Assembly: GCA_951406725.2 (NCBI GenBank)
Contig: OX597817.1
Location: 434,001 to 498,000 of the forward strand
DNA from: Octopus vulgaris
Lineage: Eukaryota
Direction of reading: 5' to 3'
Length of the DNA stretch: 64,000 nucleotides
Both the position numbers and the translations under genes were made by a program. The notes below the pieces were generated by a model. The model was not told where the DNA came from and made no database searches. It worked only from the letters and a program-made list of their open reading frames with translations. Of this stretch, positions 25,139-36,027 are shown piece by piece (position 1 is the first letter of the stretch; each line of letters opens with the position of its first letter).

Positions 25139-25602
25139 GTAAACAAACAGTTTGTTTTAGAAGCGTTGAGATGTATTGAAAGATACTGAAATAATTTTTT
25201 TTATTCTCAAACATGTGATAATGCTAATAAATAGTGTGATCAGGATGAATTATTCATTCATTGCAGAAAAATACGTTACCGGCCAGCCATGAGACACGAA
25301 CTCAGATCCCTGTGATTACACATCAAGTGCTTTACCATTAAGCTAAACTGCCCAGTAACGAATTCTTCTGCAATTTTAGAACTTATAAATTTAGCTTCAT
25401 AAGATGCTAATGTTAAATTCAACTTACGATGAAAGTAATTTTGTTTTAGAAGTGTTGAGATGCATTGGAAGATACTGAAATAAATTTTTTTATTCTCATG
25501 GCTGACCAGGAACGTATTTTTCTGCAATGTATGGATAATTCATCCTGACCACACTATTTATTAGCATTATCACATGTTTGAGAATAAAAAAAATTATTTC
25601 AG
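25133..25602 (-). mobile_element. tRNA-headed element with partial tandem plus inverted duplication, in a (TA)n tract
   Basis: tRNA-like segment on minus at 25281-25352 (tagcttaatgg...gagttcgtgtctc). Direct repeats 25133-25209 / 25429-25498 and inverted arms 25186-25294 / 25494-25602. (AT)n on both sides. Confidence 0.8.
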
Positions 25603-25621
25603 CATATATATATATATATGT

Positions 25622-25654
<33 letters not shown>

Positions 25655-26815
25655 GCTTTGTTTAAATGAGTTACCAAGACATTTTAGACACAGAAATTCG
25701 CAGCAACCCAAAATCAACCATAACCAATCATGATGACCATGCCAATTCTATACACTGTATTATATACTCTACTCTCTCTCTCTCTCTCTCTTTTCCACGC
25801 ACACACACAAACACATATATATGAGGATTCTTTAGCCTGTATAGCACCAGAAACCTTACTAATTACAAAATGCTAATTGCAAAATAAGAATTTCCTTACT
25901 AATTACAAAATGTCATTACAAAATGCATCCAGTATACTCTGTAAGAGTGTTAGGAAAGGCATCCTGGCAAAGAAACCATGCCAAAAATGGTATGTACAAA
26001 CAAGATGTATCCTCCAAGATAACTAGGAGGGCAGTATACCCAAATATGAAATGACTTAGACAATAACAACCTGTCAAAACCATGCCAGTATAGAGAGTGG
26101 ACATAAAAATGATGATGAGGAAGAGGGAGATGAGGATGATGATGACAAGAATGATGACATTTAAAGGCTCAGTCAGAGAAGGAAGAGTGGCATGCATTAT
26201 CTTTTTCAGGACCTCCATGACTATTAAGAGGCAGTTAGCTTCAAACTGAAGACCTAACTTAAATGTTGCTTGCAACAGAGTGGACTTCATTAAAGGCAAT
26301 CATGGACCACATGTTCAACAGGGCGACACATTAAGTTTACCACCCCAGTTCAGAAACAGTTCTTTGACAGGCTTCAACACAGTTTCTATCTATCAAATTT
26401 AACTCACAAAACTTAGTCAACCCAAGGCCAAGTTAGAAGATACTTACTCAAGATAGTGCATTATGGGATTGAACCTTAAAGCATGTAGTTGCAAAGCAAA
26501 ATTCTTAAACACCCAACTATGCCTGTACCCATCTATATAAATAAATGTACAGCAACAGATGCTCAAGGGTAAAATATTCATAAAATTTACAGTTTTTAAT
26601 CTCTGTTGAAGCACCACATAGTTCAGTTGTTTCAAATAATAATTTGGAATATTCGATGAACAATATTCAATGGCCAACAACAATATTTACTACTTTAGAA
26701 AGGACATGCAAATGACAAGAAACCAACAGGAGATTTGAAAGTGATAAACAAATGCAAAATGAGTAAATGAAATACAATGATAGGCAACTATTGTAGAAAC
26801 AAACACACAGACATA

Positions 26816-27677
26816 CGTGGTCTGATCAATAAGTATCCAGACTTTTACCATAGTAACAAAGCTAAAGCACACAGAGTGAAGCTGCTTAGCACAGATTGAC
26901 CTTAAACTCTGCTGTACATGTGCACTAAGTTTTAATGTTCTAGCTCACTTCTGCTGTTTACAGCAGTGATTGGAAGGAAGGTGTGTAGCGTATGATCATC
27001 GCATTGACCATGACAGAGGAAGTTGAAAAGAAAATCTGCATCAAATTTTGCCAAAACCTGCCTACACAAAGTTTTCAGAAAGTTTCCATCGTTCCCAATA
27101 CAATCAAGGAGATCTTGTGCAACTGAAACCCGTGCGTCTTTTTGGTCAGCTGAGAGCAGTTTTTGAACAAACTTGGCAGACATGCATCTCATATCCAAAT
27201 CTTCAGTGATAATGGACTGAACTGAACTGTAACTAATCTGCACATCTTCTGATAACTCACAGATGGTGATTCGATGATTTCTCCTCACAGATGCAATGTT
27301 TTTCTCAGTTCTGCTGGTTATGGGTCTCCCAGACATTCATCAATATTGACATATTTTTGGCCATCTTGGAAACATCTGAACCACTTGTACACTTGTGTGC
27401 GGCTCATACACTCCTCTCCATGCACTTTCTGCAACTTTGCAGAGGCCTCTGAGCAGATATCGCCATGACAACTTTCTCTGTCAAGGTCAATGCAACAATC
27501 GAATGTTACACACCTTCCTTCCAAGCACTGCTGTAAACAGAGGAAGTGAGCTACAAACTTTAAAACTTAGTGTGCATGCATAGCAGAGGTGAAGGTCAAT
27601 CTTTGCCAAGTGGCTTCATTGTGTGCTTTAGCTTCGTTACTATAGCAGCAGTCCAGATACTTATTGATCAGCCATCA
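26816..27677 (-). mobile_element. Non-autonomous mariner derivative with ~200 bp inverted ends
   Basis: TIR tggtctgatcaataagtatccagact / agtccagatacttattgatcagcca. Minus-strand transposase N-terminus (MSRTQVYKWF...SGRPITSRT...MSAKFVQKLL). Both ends are copies of the element's 5' region. Confidence 0.9.
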
Positions 27678-27837
27678 TATAAACACACGAAGATGTACAC
27701 CTTTTAAACATTTCTTTCTTTTTGCAATACAAGAACCTTGATTAAATGAAAACAGTTTACATCATTATGATCTGGTTAGTTGAGATGATAAATGGAAGCT
27801 GTTGTTTCTTGATCAATCCATAAATACAATATGCCAA

Positions 27838-27893
<56 letters not shown>

Positions 27894-28827
27894 TCTAGTA
27901 GAGACTGGATCTTAGTATATCAGAAATATCAATTGTTCCAGGTTTTAAATTCAGATTTTAGTTATGCAGGTTACAGTACAACAGCCAGTGGATATTCTAT
28001 CTGGTTTATAGAGCCTGTTTTTATTTTTAAAAAAATACAGTGACAATCAGAATGTGTTGTAGCACATTTAGATTGTCTGATGTATAGTGTGGAAGTTAGG
28101 ACAGGTTTCTTGGGTTCTAGTGCAAACAATCATGGTTTGTTCAACCCAGTTTGGTGTTCTGCTGTATGGGTTTTAGTATTAAGACTCATGGCATGTTAGG
28201 CCCGTTATGTGTATGGTTGTGCAAGAGTGGTGTGGACAGTTACAGCATATTAAACCCAGTTTAGGGTCTGGTTTTAGGTGTAGGGCATAGTGTGCAGTTA
28301 TGACATGTCAGGCCCTGTTTGGTGTCAGGTTGTAAAAAGGGGTGAAGTGTAGACAAATATAAACTTGAATAATGTCTGTTCTATGTATACATCACAATGT
28401 CAAAGTAACTATGTGAGATATTCTCATTATCATTTAATGAAAGGACAGGAAAAACATTCAAGACCTTTGTAGGTCATGAAGACTTCCTGAAAATGAGGGC
28501 AGTTGAAACTTAGCTTGTGATGGCCAATGTGTGTGTGAGTGTACACGTGCATGATGCAACTGTATGCATACCATTCTATAATGCCATGCAAATTGCATGA
28601 AATGCTGAAAAGAGATACACAGTGACAATGCAAGAAGCCCTTCACTCATCATTATCCACAGCATCCTCGTTTTACTGAGAAGGTTACCATCACCATTATG
28701 ACCAACACCATCTACTTCTTCATAAAAACTTTTATAAGTCACCTGGCATTCTGAAGCTCCTCAAGCTAATTAACAGCCAACACTAATTAACATCTCACAC
28801 ATACAAACGCAGGAGAGCAATACAAAC

Positions 28828-28955
28828 CTGTAGCATCTGATCGTGAACGATGGTGAGTCTTTTTGACGGAATTTGGAGATGTGGGTGGACATGGTGTCTG
28901 ATGCTGTTGTTGAGTAGGGCTTGGTAGGGTTGATGGACTCTTCTGGCGTAATGGG
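28828..28955 (-). CDS. PI4KB: PI4KB coding exon, 128 nt (phase 2 to 1), Ser/Pro-rich linker
   Basis: Acceptor tctctttctctttccag, donor CAG|gtttgt. Encodes (R)PLRQKSPSTLPSPTQQQHQTPCPPTSPNSVKKTHHRSRSDAT(G); human has KRTHQRSKSDAT. Confidence 0.93.
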
Positions 28956-29209
28956 CTGGAAAGAGAAAGAGAACAAGAGAGAGATTATAGGAGGGGAGTG
29001 GGAAGAGGAAACAGAGACAGAGACTAAGTAAAAGACTAAGCAAAATTTCTGCTCCTGTTCTTGTTATTTAGGTTATCAGTTTCAACTGAGTGGAGCTATG
29101 ACCAAAGCTATGTCAGGTCTTGTTACTGCCTCTAATAATAATAATAATAAATGATGATGATGATGATTTTTAATAGACATAAAGCCACAATTTTAGAAAA
29201 GGGATGTCA

Positions 29210-29530
29210 AGGGTAAAGACCTCCTTCAGTCATGAAGGACCATGAGATTGCACCAAGAAAGTTCCCCTCCGAGGCACATGTATGGGCAATGTTGTTTATG
29301 GAAAATCAGCAGTGACCCATGCATACCAGCCTCGCCTCCCCCTCTCCATGGCCACTGATGTTATCCAAAGGAAAGGCAAAAGGGGCCAATACAGCTTGGT
29401 ACCAGGGACGTCGCAACTCATTTCTACAGCTGAGTGAACTGGAGTAAATAAAGTGTCTTGCCCAAGAACATCAACAACACTCAACCCAGCCTGGGAATTG
29501 AACTCACTACCTCATGATTGTGAACCTGAG
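29210..29530 (-). mobile_element. tRNA-derived SINE, probably CORE-type
   Basis: Minus strand has B-box-like gagttcaattcc, then gtgttgatgttcttgggcaagacacttt...ctccagttcactcagctgtagaaatgag (CORE-like). Confidence 0.6.
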
Positions 29531-30279
29531 CCAAGCAAATTAACTCTAGTATTTATTTTGACTCTAGAAAGGATGAAAGGCAAAGTCAATACTGGAACGG
29601 TTTGAAGAACAAGAGGGGCGTAACAAACTAGGAACCATCAGGCTCTTTATATTGCACTATCACATCTGCCATGCACCTCCCTACACTGGCTTTGTCTTGC
29701 ACCCTATTATAATCTACCATGCACTGCTCAGCATAGGCTTTGTCCTGCACTTTACTGTATCTGCCTTCAGCTCCTCTACATTGGTTTTATAATAATAATG
29801 ACCTGTATAGTAGAGCTAGGACATAGTTTATTTATTGATTTTATAGTTTAAAAGGCAAAAACCCAATCCCTGCAGGATTTGAATTCAAAAATTGAAGTAA
29901 AGATTCAAAATGATATATTGTAAGACATTTAGTGTGGTGTCCTGCCATTTCTGTCAACACATAATCCTATTACAATTATTCATCAGGATTCAACTGTAGC
30001 AGTAAACAGCCCGATCCCAAGTCCAGCTCTTGTGTGGTGGCTTGTTTACTGTAATGACTCTGAAAGTTATGGCAGCAGGGTACAAGCTACTGTTAGGGCC
30101 TCTCTTGCTGAACATGTCAAAGGATAAAGGCCAAACTATCATGAAGCACCTCTCTCTACAGGTAAAAGTAGGTTTACATAGGACCACCACTGCTACCTCA
30201 AAAAGAAAAAAAGTTGTAGAAGCATCAATAACAATTCAAAACCAACAAGACAAGAGAGAGGAAAGCCTTTCCTCGGGGA

Positions 30280-30490
30280 AATATATGACACATAAGGTCC
30301 TGATACGGAATCCACAAAGGAGGCAGGAGAAAGGGTGCCCTAAAAATAGCTGGAGTTGGGATACGGAGGCAGTGCTGAAAAAGCAAGAATCCAACTGGAG
30401 AGAAGCAGAAAAGACAACCCAGAATGGAAAACAGTGGAGGGAAGTCATCAATAGCCTATGCGCCAAAGAGAGTGGAAGAGCTTATGTGAG
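30280..30490 (+). mobile_element. C-terminal fragment of an RTE-clade LINE ORF
   Basis: NPQRRQEKGCPKNSWSWDTEAVLKKQESNWREAEKTTQNGKQWREVINSLCA resembles the WNPQGKRxRGRPxxTW...W...A.DR..W...LC end of RTE ORFs. Confidence 0.7.
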
Positions 30491-31766
30491 CAAGTTGATT
30501 GCCACAATCTGCCATCACTTATTACAGCTTTCATAATTGTGGTCCATAAGGTGGTTAGCCTTGAGTAATGGTAAGAATTGAATCCTTAGGCAAAATCTGA
30601 ATTCCAAGTGAATATCATGAGGCATTTCATCTAACAATTTTACCAATGCATTACCCTGGATTGGAAATTTATCAGTCTTCAAAGTTGAACACAGATTGCA
30701 GCGAGTTACTGTTACTACTACAGACAATAACAATACAAACCAAAGAGGGAACTTCATGAGCTGATCAGAGATCCTAACAAGCTGACAAGATGGCCTGTAC
30801 GTACATGCTCAACTTGGAAGTATAAGGGAAGCTCATTAGCCATCAAAGAAGCTATGTAACCCAACAAAAAAGCCTGCCAGAAATAATATAGTACTAGATA
30901 CATTGTCTGAACACAGAGAAAGGATAGCATGAGTAGAATGATTTCGATTATAGATTGTGGGATAAGGGCTTGTCTAAGGATAAGCAATAAAACTAATGAT
31001 TACTTGTTTTGTCAAGATACAAAGTCCATTTCCAAAGAAAGTAGAGAGTGTCATCAATTGAAACAACTTCCTAAATAATACTGGTAGATAGTCTACCATT
31101 CTCACAAATCTGTAAATGTTTCACTATATAACTTCTCACTGCTATATTACCCTCATACTGATAGACCATTTCAGTTCAAAAGAATCCAAATTGCCAGAGA
31201 CTAAAGATTCACAATGTTTGTCAACAAAACCAAATATCAGATGTTGATGGTGACTACTGTAGCTTGAAGGACTCTGCTTCTTTTTGGACAGATGTTATGT
31301 AAGATATTCATGTGATGGAAGGAGCAAAAACAATCTTTATAGCAAAGCCCATAATAGAAAAACTATAAATGTGGCTTATAATGAAACCCTTCACTGAGAA
31401 TTATTTGTCTGCTTTGCCTAACGTAACAGTTTTTGAAATGAGCATCTCTGTTACAAAGAATATGAATATTGTATTTCAAGTAATACATATATGCTGAATT
31501 ACCACAATCCTTTTTCAAGCAGCTTCTCACCAACTGGGACATATAAAACAAAAGTAATTATTTAGTTAATCCTTGCTTTCACACACACTCTCACACATAT
31601 TAAACAACAACAACAACTGAATAATTAAACTGGACAGACAAGCTGACTCAAGAGATATACTGTATGACATACATGAAATATAATCAAAGCTGACTCAAAG
31701 CAGAGTTTAAATTCATAGACATATATGATGGCAAATTTGTGGTGACAAGAAGTAAGACCTACTTAC

Positions 31767-31901
31767 CGTAGTTCTTCATTGAGTATCATGTTCTTTAATT
31801 TGACTCCTTGGGAATTTTTCCATGTAGGTTTGAGGACATCAGCAGAATAGGCTCCTAACAACCAGGCAGCACGGATGGAAAACTCCACACTGGATCGACA
31901 T
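31767..31901 (-). CDS. PI4KB: PI4KB coding exon, 135 nt (phase 2 to 2), helical domain
   Basis: Acceptor ttgttattcttttgtag, donor ACG|gtaagt. Encodes (R)CRSSVEFSIRAAWLLGAYSADVLKPTWKNSQGVKLKNMILNEEL(R); human is [22 protein letters not shown]...KLRKLILSDELK. Confidence 0.95.
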
Positions 31902-32459
31902 CTACAAAAGAATAACAAGACAAAATACGATGAAAGAGTTGAATATCAGTTAATGTGTGAGATACTGAGAACTAAATTCAATGGCCTAGTGGTTTGACAA
32001 CAGAATCTGGTCAATATAATACAGGCACACTGAGTGATACATTAACTAGCCTAGAAGAACATGGCTAGACCTCAAGTAGTAAACTAGTTGAATGTTAGAT
32101 AATTGCTGTGTAATCCTCATACAATTTCCATATTTGAATTTCAGGGAAAAGCATCTTGGAAAGCAAGACTACTACACCAAGGACAGCTTTTACATTAACC
32201 ATTGTGTGTTTCTGTGTACTTGAATGATACTCCTAGCAGCGTATCAAGCAAAATATTGAGTAGTGTCCTGTCACAACTCACAGCAGTAGGGAATATCTGT
32301 GACCTATACCAGAGATTACAATCAATTAAGAAGTCTCTGCAGAGTTGACCAACCTGCTAGAAACAGCAGTTAAATCTCCTTCAAAGCATATCTTAGCATT
32401 AAAAAAAAAAATTAGATAAATATTTACTACATCTGGAAGAAAAAAAAAGGAAATAGTAT

Positions 32460-32652
32460 TCTTTCATTCTTTTACATGTTTCAGTGATTTGACTGCAGCC
32501 ATGCTGGAGCACTGCCTTGAAGAATTTTAGTCAAACAAGTTGACCCCAGTACTTATTTTGGAAGTCTGGTATTTAATCTCTATGATTGAACTACTAAGTT
32601 ATGGAGACACAAACATACCAACAACCAGTTGTCAAGTGGTGGGGGGGGACAA

Positions 32653-32684
<32 letters not shown>

Positions 32685-32842
32685 TTATATATCTACACAT
32701 ATGATGGGCTTCTTTCAGTTTCCATCTACCAAATCCACTCATAAGGCTTTGGTTGGCCTGAGGTTATAGAAGAAGACACTTGCCCAAGGTGCCACACTGC
32801 AGGCCATGTGATTGGGAAGCAAATTTCTTACCACACAGCCAT
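32460..32842 (-). mobile_element. tRNA-derived SINE, family A (near full length)
   Basis: Reverse complement of the 11693-12050 / 41857-42240 type, with an internal (CA)n(TA)n. Confidence 0.8.
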
Positions 32843-33009
32843 GGAAACTTTGAATCCTCATAAAATGATGAGATGATCACAACTGGAAAATCTGTGATAG
32901 GTTTGCACACTTAGGACTAACATCATCATCATCCTCAATATTTAATGCCCCGAAATGAAACAATAAAAAAAAAAAGTTAGTTATACGCTTGTAACTATTA
33001 TTTAGTTCC

Positions 33010-33180
33010 AGGTTGGCCCTGATCAAGCAGACCTATGATCACAGGCATTTCAGCAGTCATCTTGTCTTTTTAGAAGTACTTAGAACAACATCATCCACAT
33101 GACCATTCTTTACTTAAGATGACTGGGTCTAATTTGAGGGAGATATGGTTGCTATTACTAGTACATCAAGTGACCACATA
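33010..33180. repeat. Old dispersed ~170-bp repeat, family C
   Basis: Motifs ctgatcaagcagacctatgatc...ggcatt.cagc and tttgagggagat.tgg.tgctatt recur in both orientations (~6320, 8760, 14640, 23370, 38340, 44460, 45900, 51020, 51200). Class not determinable. Confidence 0.6.
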
Positions 33181-33705
33181 GCTTAAGTGATACACTTTAT
33201 GTCAAACTAGGTCAGCTACCTTTTTCCTATCGAAGCAGACTACCACCAATAATAATCCAATTGCATAAATATTCCATGAAGTTACACCCACAGATTGACA
33301 TACAAACCCTCACACATCTTAATATAGATAGAGCACAGCTTACAATCAATAAAAGCATTATTATTTTAACTTAGGACAGAGTTGAACATTTCACATTACA
33401 CAAGTATGGTCATTACAACACATTGCCGTCACCTTCACCACCTTACATCCATCTGAAACAATTTACTATACAGGTATACAGGCACTCTTACTTTTTACCT
33501 GTGTTGTGTGTGTGTGTGAGAGAGAGGGGGTGAGAGAGGGAGACAGTGCACATATGTCTGTGAGGGAGAGTAAATGTACATATCTGTGTCACATTTTCTA
33601 ACCGTACAATAAGTTACTATCAGTACACTCCAATTGCTATCCCACTACTAAGCTGGGCCTCCTTTCTTTTCAACAGTTACTACATCAGCCTTTGTTCTTC
33701 TAACT

Positions 33706-35367
33706 CAGTGGTTCCCAACCAGTGGTACACGAGCACTTTCAGGGAAATATGCAATTTTTAGTTTGCGCTGTTTCCAATATTCGGCCAGCATGTGATTAAT
33801 GCTTTCCAAATCAATCAACCAGTAATCAATATTTTTCAATTACTGGCATACCATTGGTTAACCTTTTATTCGCTCTCTGTACAGTGATCAGCACCATCCA
33901 ACCAATGCATGTAACCCTGAGTATGGCATGATGCTATGAGTGACCTTGAGGGGCACACATGTATAAAATGCACTGTGTGCTCATTGATAAATGACAGTTG
34001 TTTGGTTTCTGGTGCACGTCTTTGTTCTCTCTGGACTGGGTAGAGGCTGACTAGGAGCTAGCGAGGCAGGTATGCCATTACAAGTTAATATTTTCTTCAC
34101 AAAAATGTTTACTGCCTTACACAAGGTAATCTGGCAACAATTTGTTACTTTCATACCCATAATTTTCTTATTGTGTGTATTATTATTATTAGCATTAATA
34201 ATATTTTGTATTTTTTTGTATTTTTATATTTCTTTATTTCTTGATTAATTTATTTCACTTTTCTACAGGATTGATAACGTGCCGAAGCGAAACTATGACC
34301 CTGCATACACAAAGTATGGCTTCATTGCAATTGAACATGGAGGAGAAGCTCTTCCACAGTGTGTGGTCTGTACAAAGTCCCATTCGAATGTAGCCATGAA
34401 ACCCAGCCAGCTCAAACGTCATCTTGAGATGAATCACGCGGACAAGAAAGACTGAGATCAGAGGTACTTCCAGTGATTTGGCAAGAACATAAAAGTGGCA
34501 GCACATAGACAAGACAAGCCAGATCTACGAGAAGAGGGCAGGGATTGTGAGAGCATCCTGTGAAGTTGCTCTCCTGATGGCCAAAAACATGAAGGTGCAT
34601 ACCATTGCAGTCTCTTGTCATTCCAGTGGCAAAGATCTTGGTCAGGCACATAATTAGAGAAGAGGCAGTGGTAAAGTTGGAGAGGGTTTCCATCTCTAAC
34701 AACACTGTACAGCACCATATTGAGGAGATCTCGGCCGACATTGCCAACCAAGTGATTGAGGGAGTGACAGCCTCAAAGTATGGGTTTCCCATTCAACTTG
34801 ACGAATCGACAGACGTCACCAACTGCTGTCGACTACTTGCCTATGTCCGCTTCATGCAGAATAATGCTGTGAAGATTGAGCTACTGCTAATCCAGGAACT
34901 ATCCAGTACAACAAAAGGAAAGGATATTTTCAACATTTTGGACAATATCTTCAAGCAGAATGAACTGGACTGGGAAAAGCTGGTCAGATGCACGACAGAT
35001 GGGGCTCCATTTATGCTCGGTTGAAAGTCAGGTTTTCAAGCCCATATGAAAGATGTGTCACCAAATGCCACCACTGTCCATTGTGTCATACATAGATTTG
35101 CCTTTTGTGCTCAGGTGCTCCCTCCAAAGTTTTTATCATGCTTGAACCGAGTTATCAGAATCGTGAATTTCATCAAAACTTCAGCTCTGAATACTCGGCT
35201 GTTCAAGCTGCCCTGTGAAGATTTCGACTCTGACGACATCTGTCTCCTCTACCACACAAAGATTCACTGGCTCTCCTAAGGGTAATGCAATGAGGTGTCT
35301 CTTTGAACTGAGAGATGAACTTCGTTTTCTTCATGGTATGCGATCACAAAAAACTTGGGAACCACTG
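33706..35367 (+). mobile_element. Decayed hAT transposon, Buster/Charlie type (ZBED5/ZBED8-like transposase)
   Basis: TIRs cagtggttcccaa / ttgggaaccactg. 8-bp flanks ttctaact / ctctaaat with central TA. Motifs KRHL..NH, QLDESTD, TDGAP, HCVIHR, LLYHTKIHWLS, with stops, frameshifts and a C-terminal deletion. Confidence 0.93.
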
Positions 35368-35810
35368 CTCTAAATGATCAGCATAATTACACTCACTCTA
35401 AAAGCTCAAAGTCAAAACCCATTCTTTTCCTGACTTAACTAAATCAGATTTATTATACTTTCCCCCACTAATCAAAAATCTAAGAGTATTCTGACAGACT
35501 CTGTTATCTTAATGTTACAGCCTCAGAGAGAGAGAGAGAGAGATTGAGAAGGTTGCATCTACTATCCTTCAGCACCAGACTAATGATAAAATATCACAGA
35601 CTTTTTCAAATAGCAACTTAGGAAAAATGTTCTCCTCTTCCATGTTTTAAGTTCAAATATTAGCAGAAGCAACCAGTAAAAACTATAATACAGACCCTAA
35701 GACCCTATCCACTGAATATCTGAAATAATGTTTATACATTTTAATGTTTTAATACAACAAGTATTCATAACTCCAATTAGAAACACTAATGTAGATTTGA
35801 AAAAGCAATG

Positions 35811-36027
35811 TGAGGGGGTGGTGAAGAGTTCCTGGCTTTGGGTAAAATAAAATACAAGAGGAGCAGTTAATTATGCTTTCATTGAACACATTCCCTTCTC
35901 AGATTCATACACTTATTGCAGTGGTCCTTCATTTTTTCTAAGCCCTGAAAGAGATCTCGGAAGGTTGGGCCTCCAACCAGGCCTTTTGTGATACCCTTAA
36001 AGCCAGGAACTTTTCAGCACCCCTTCG
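35811..36027. mobile_element. Mariner-type MITE (~215 bp)
   Basis: TIRs gagggggtggtgaagagttcctggctt / aagccaggaacttttcagcaccccttcg followed by TA. Second copy at 45127-45330 in the opposite orientation. Confidence 0.8.

Noticed and set aside
34271-35279. Domesticated ZBED-like gene
   Set aside because: Multiple stops and frameshifts, truncated, and still bounded by TIRs: a dead transposon.
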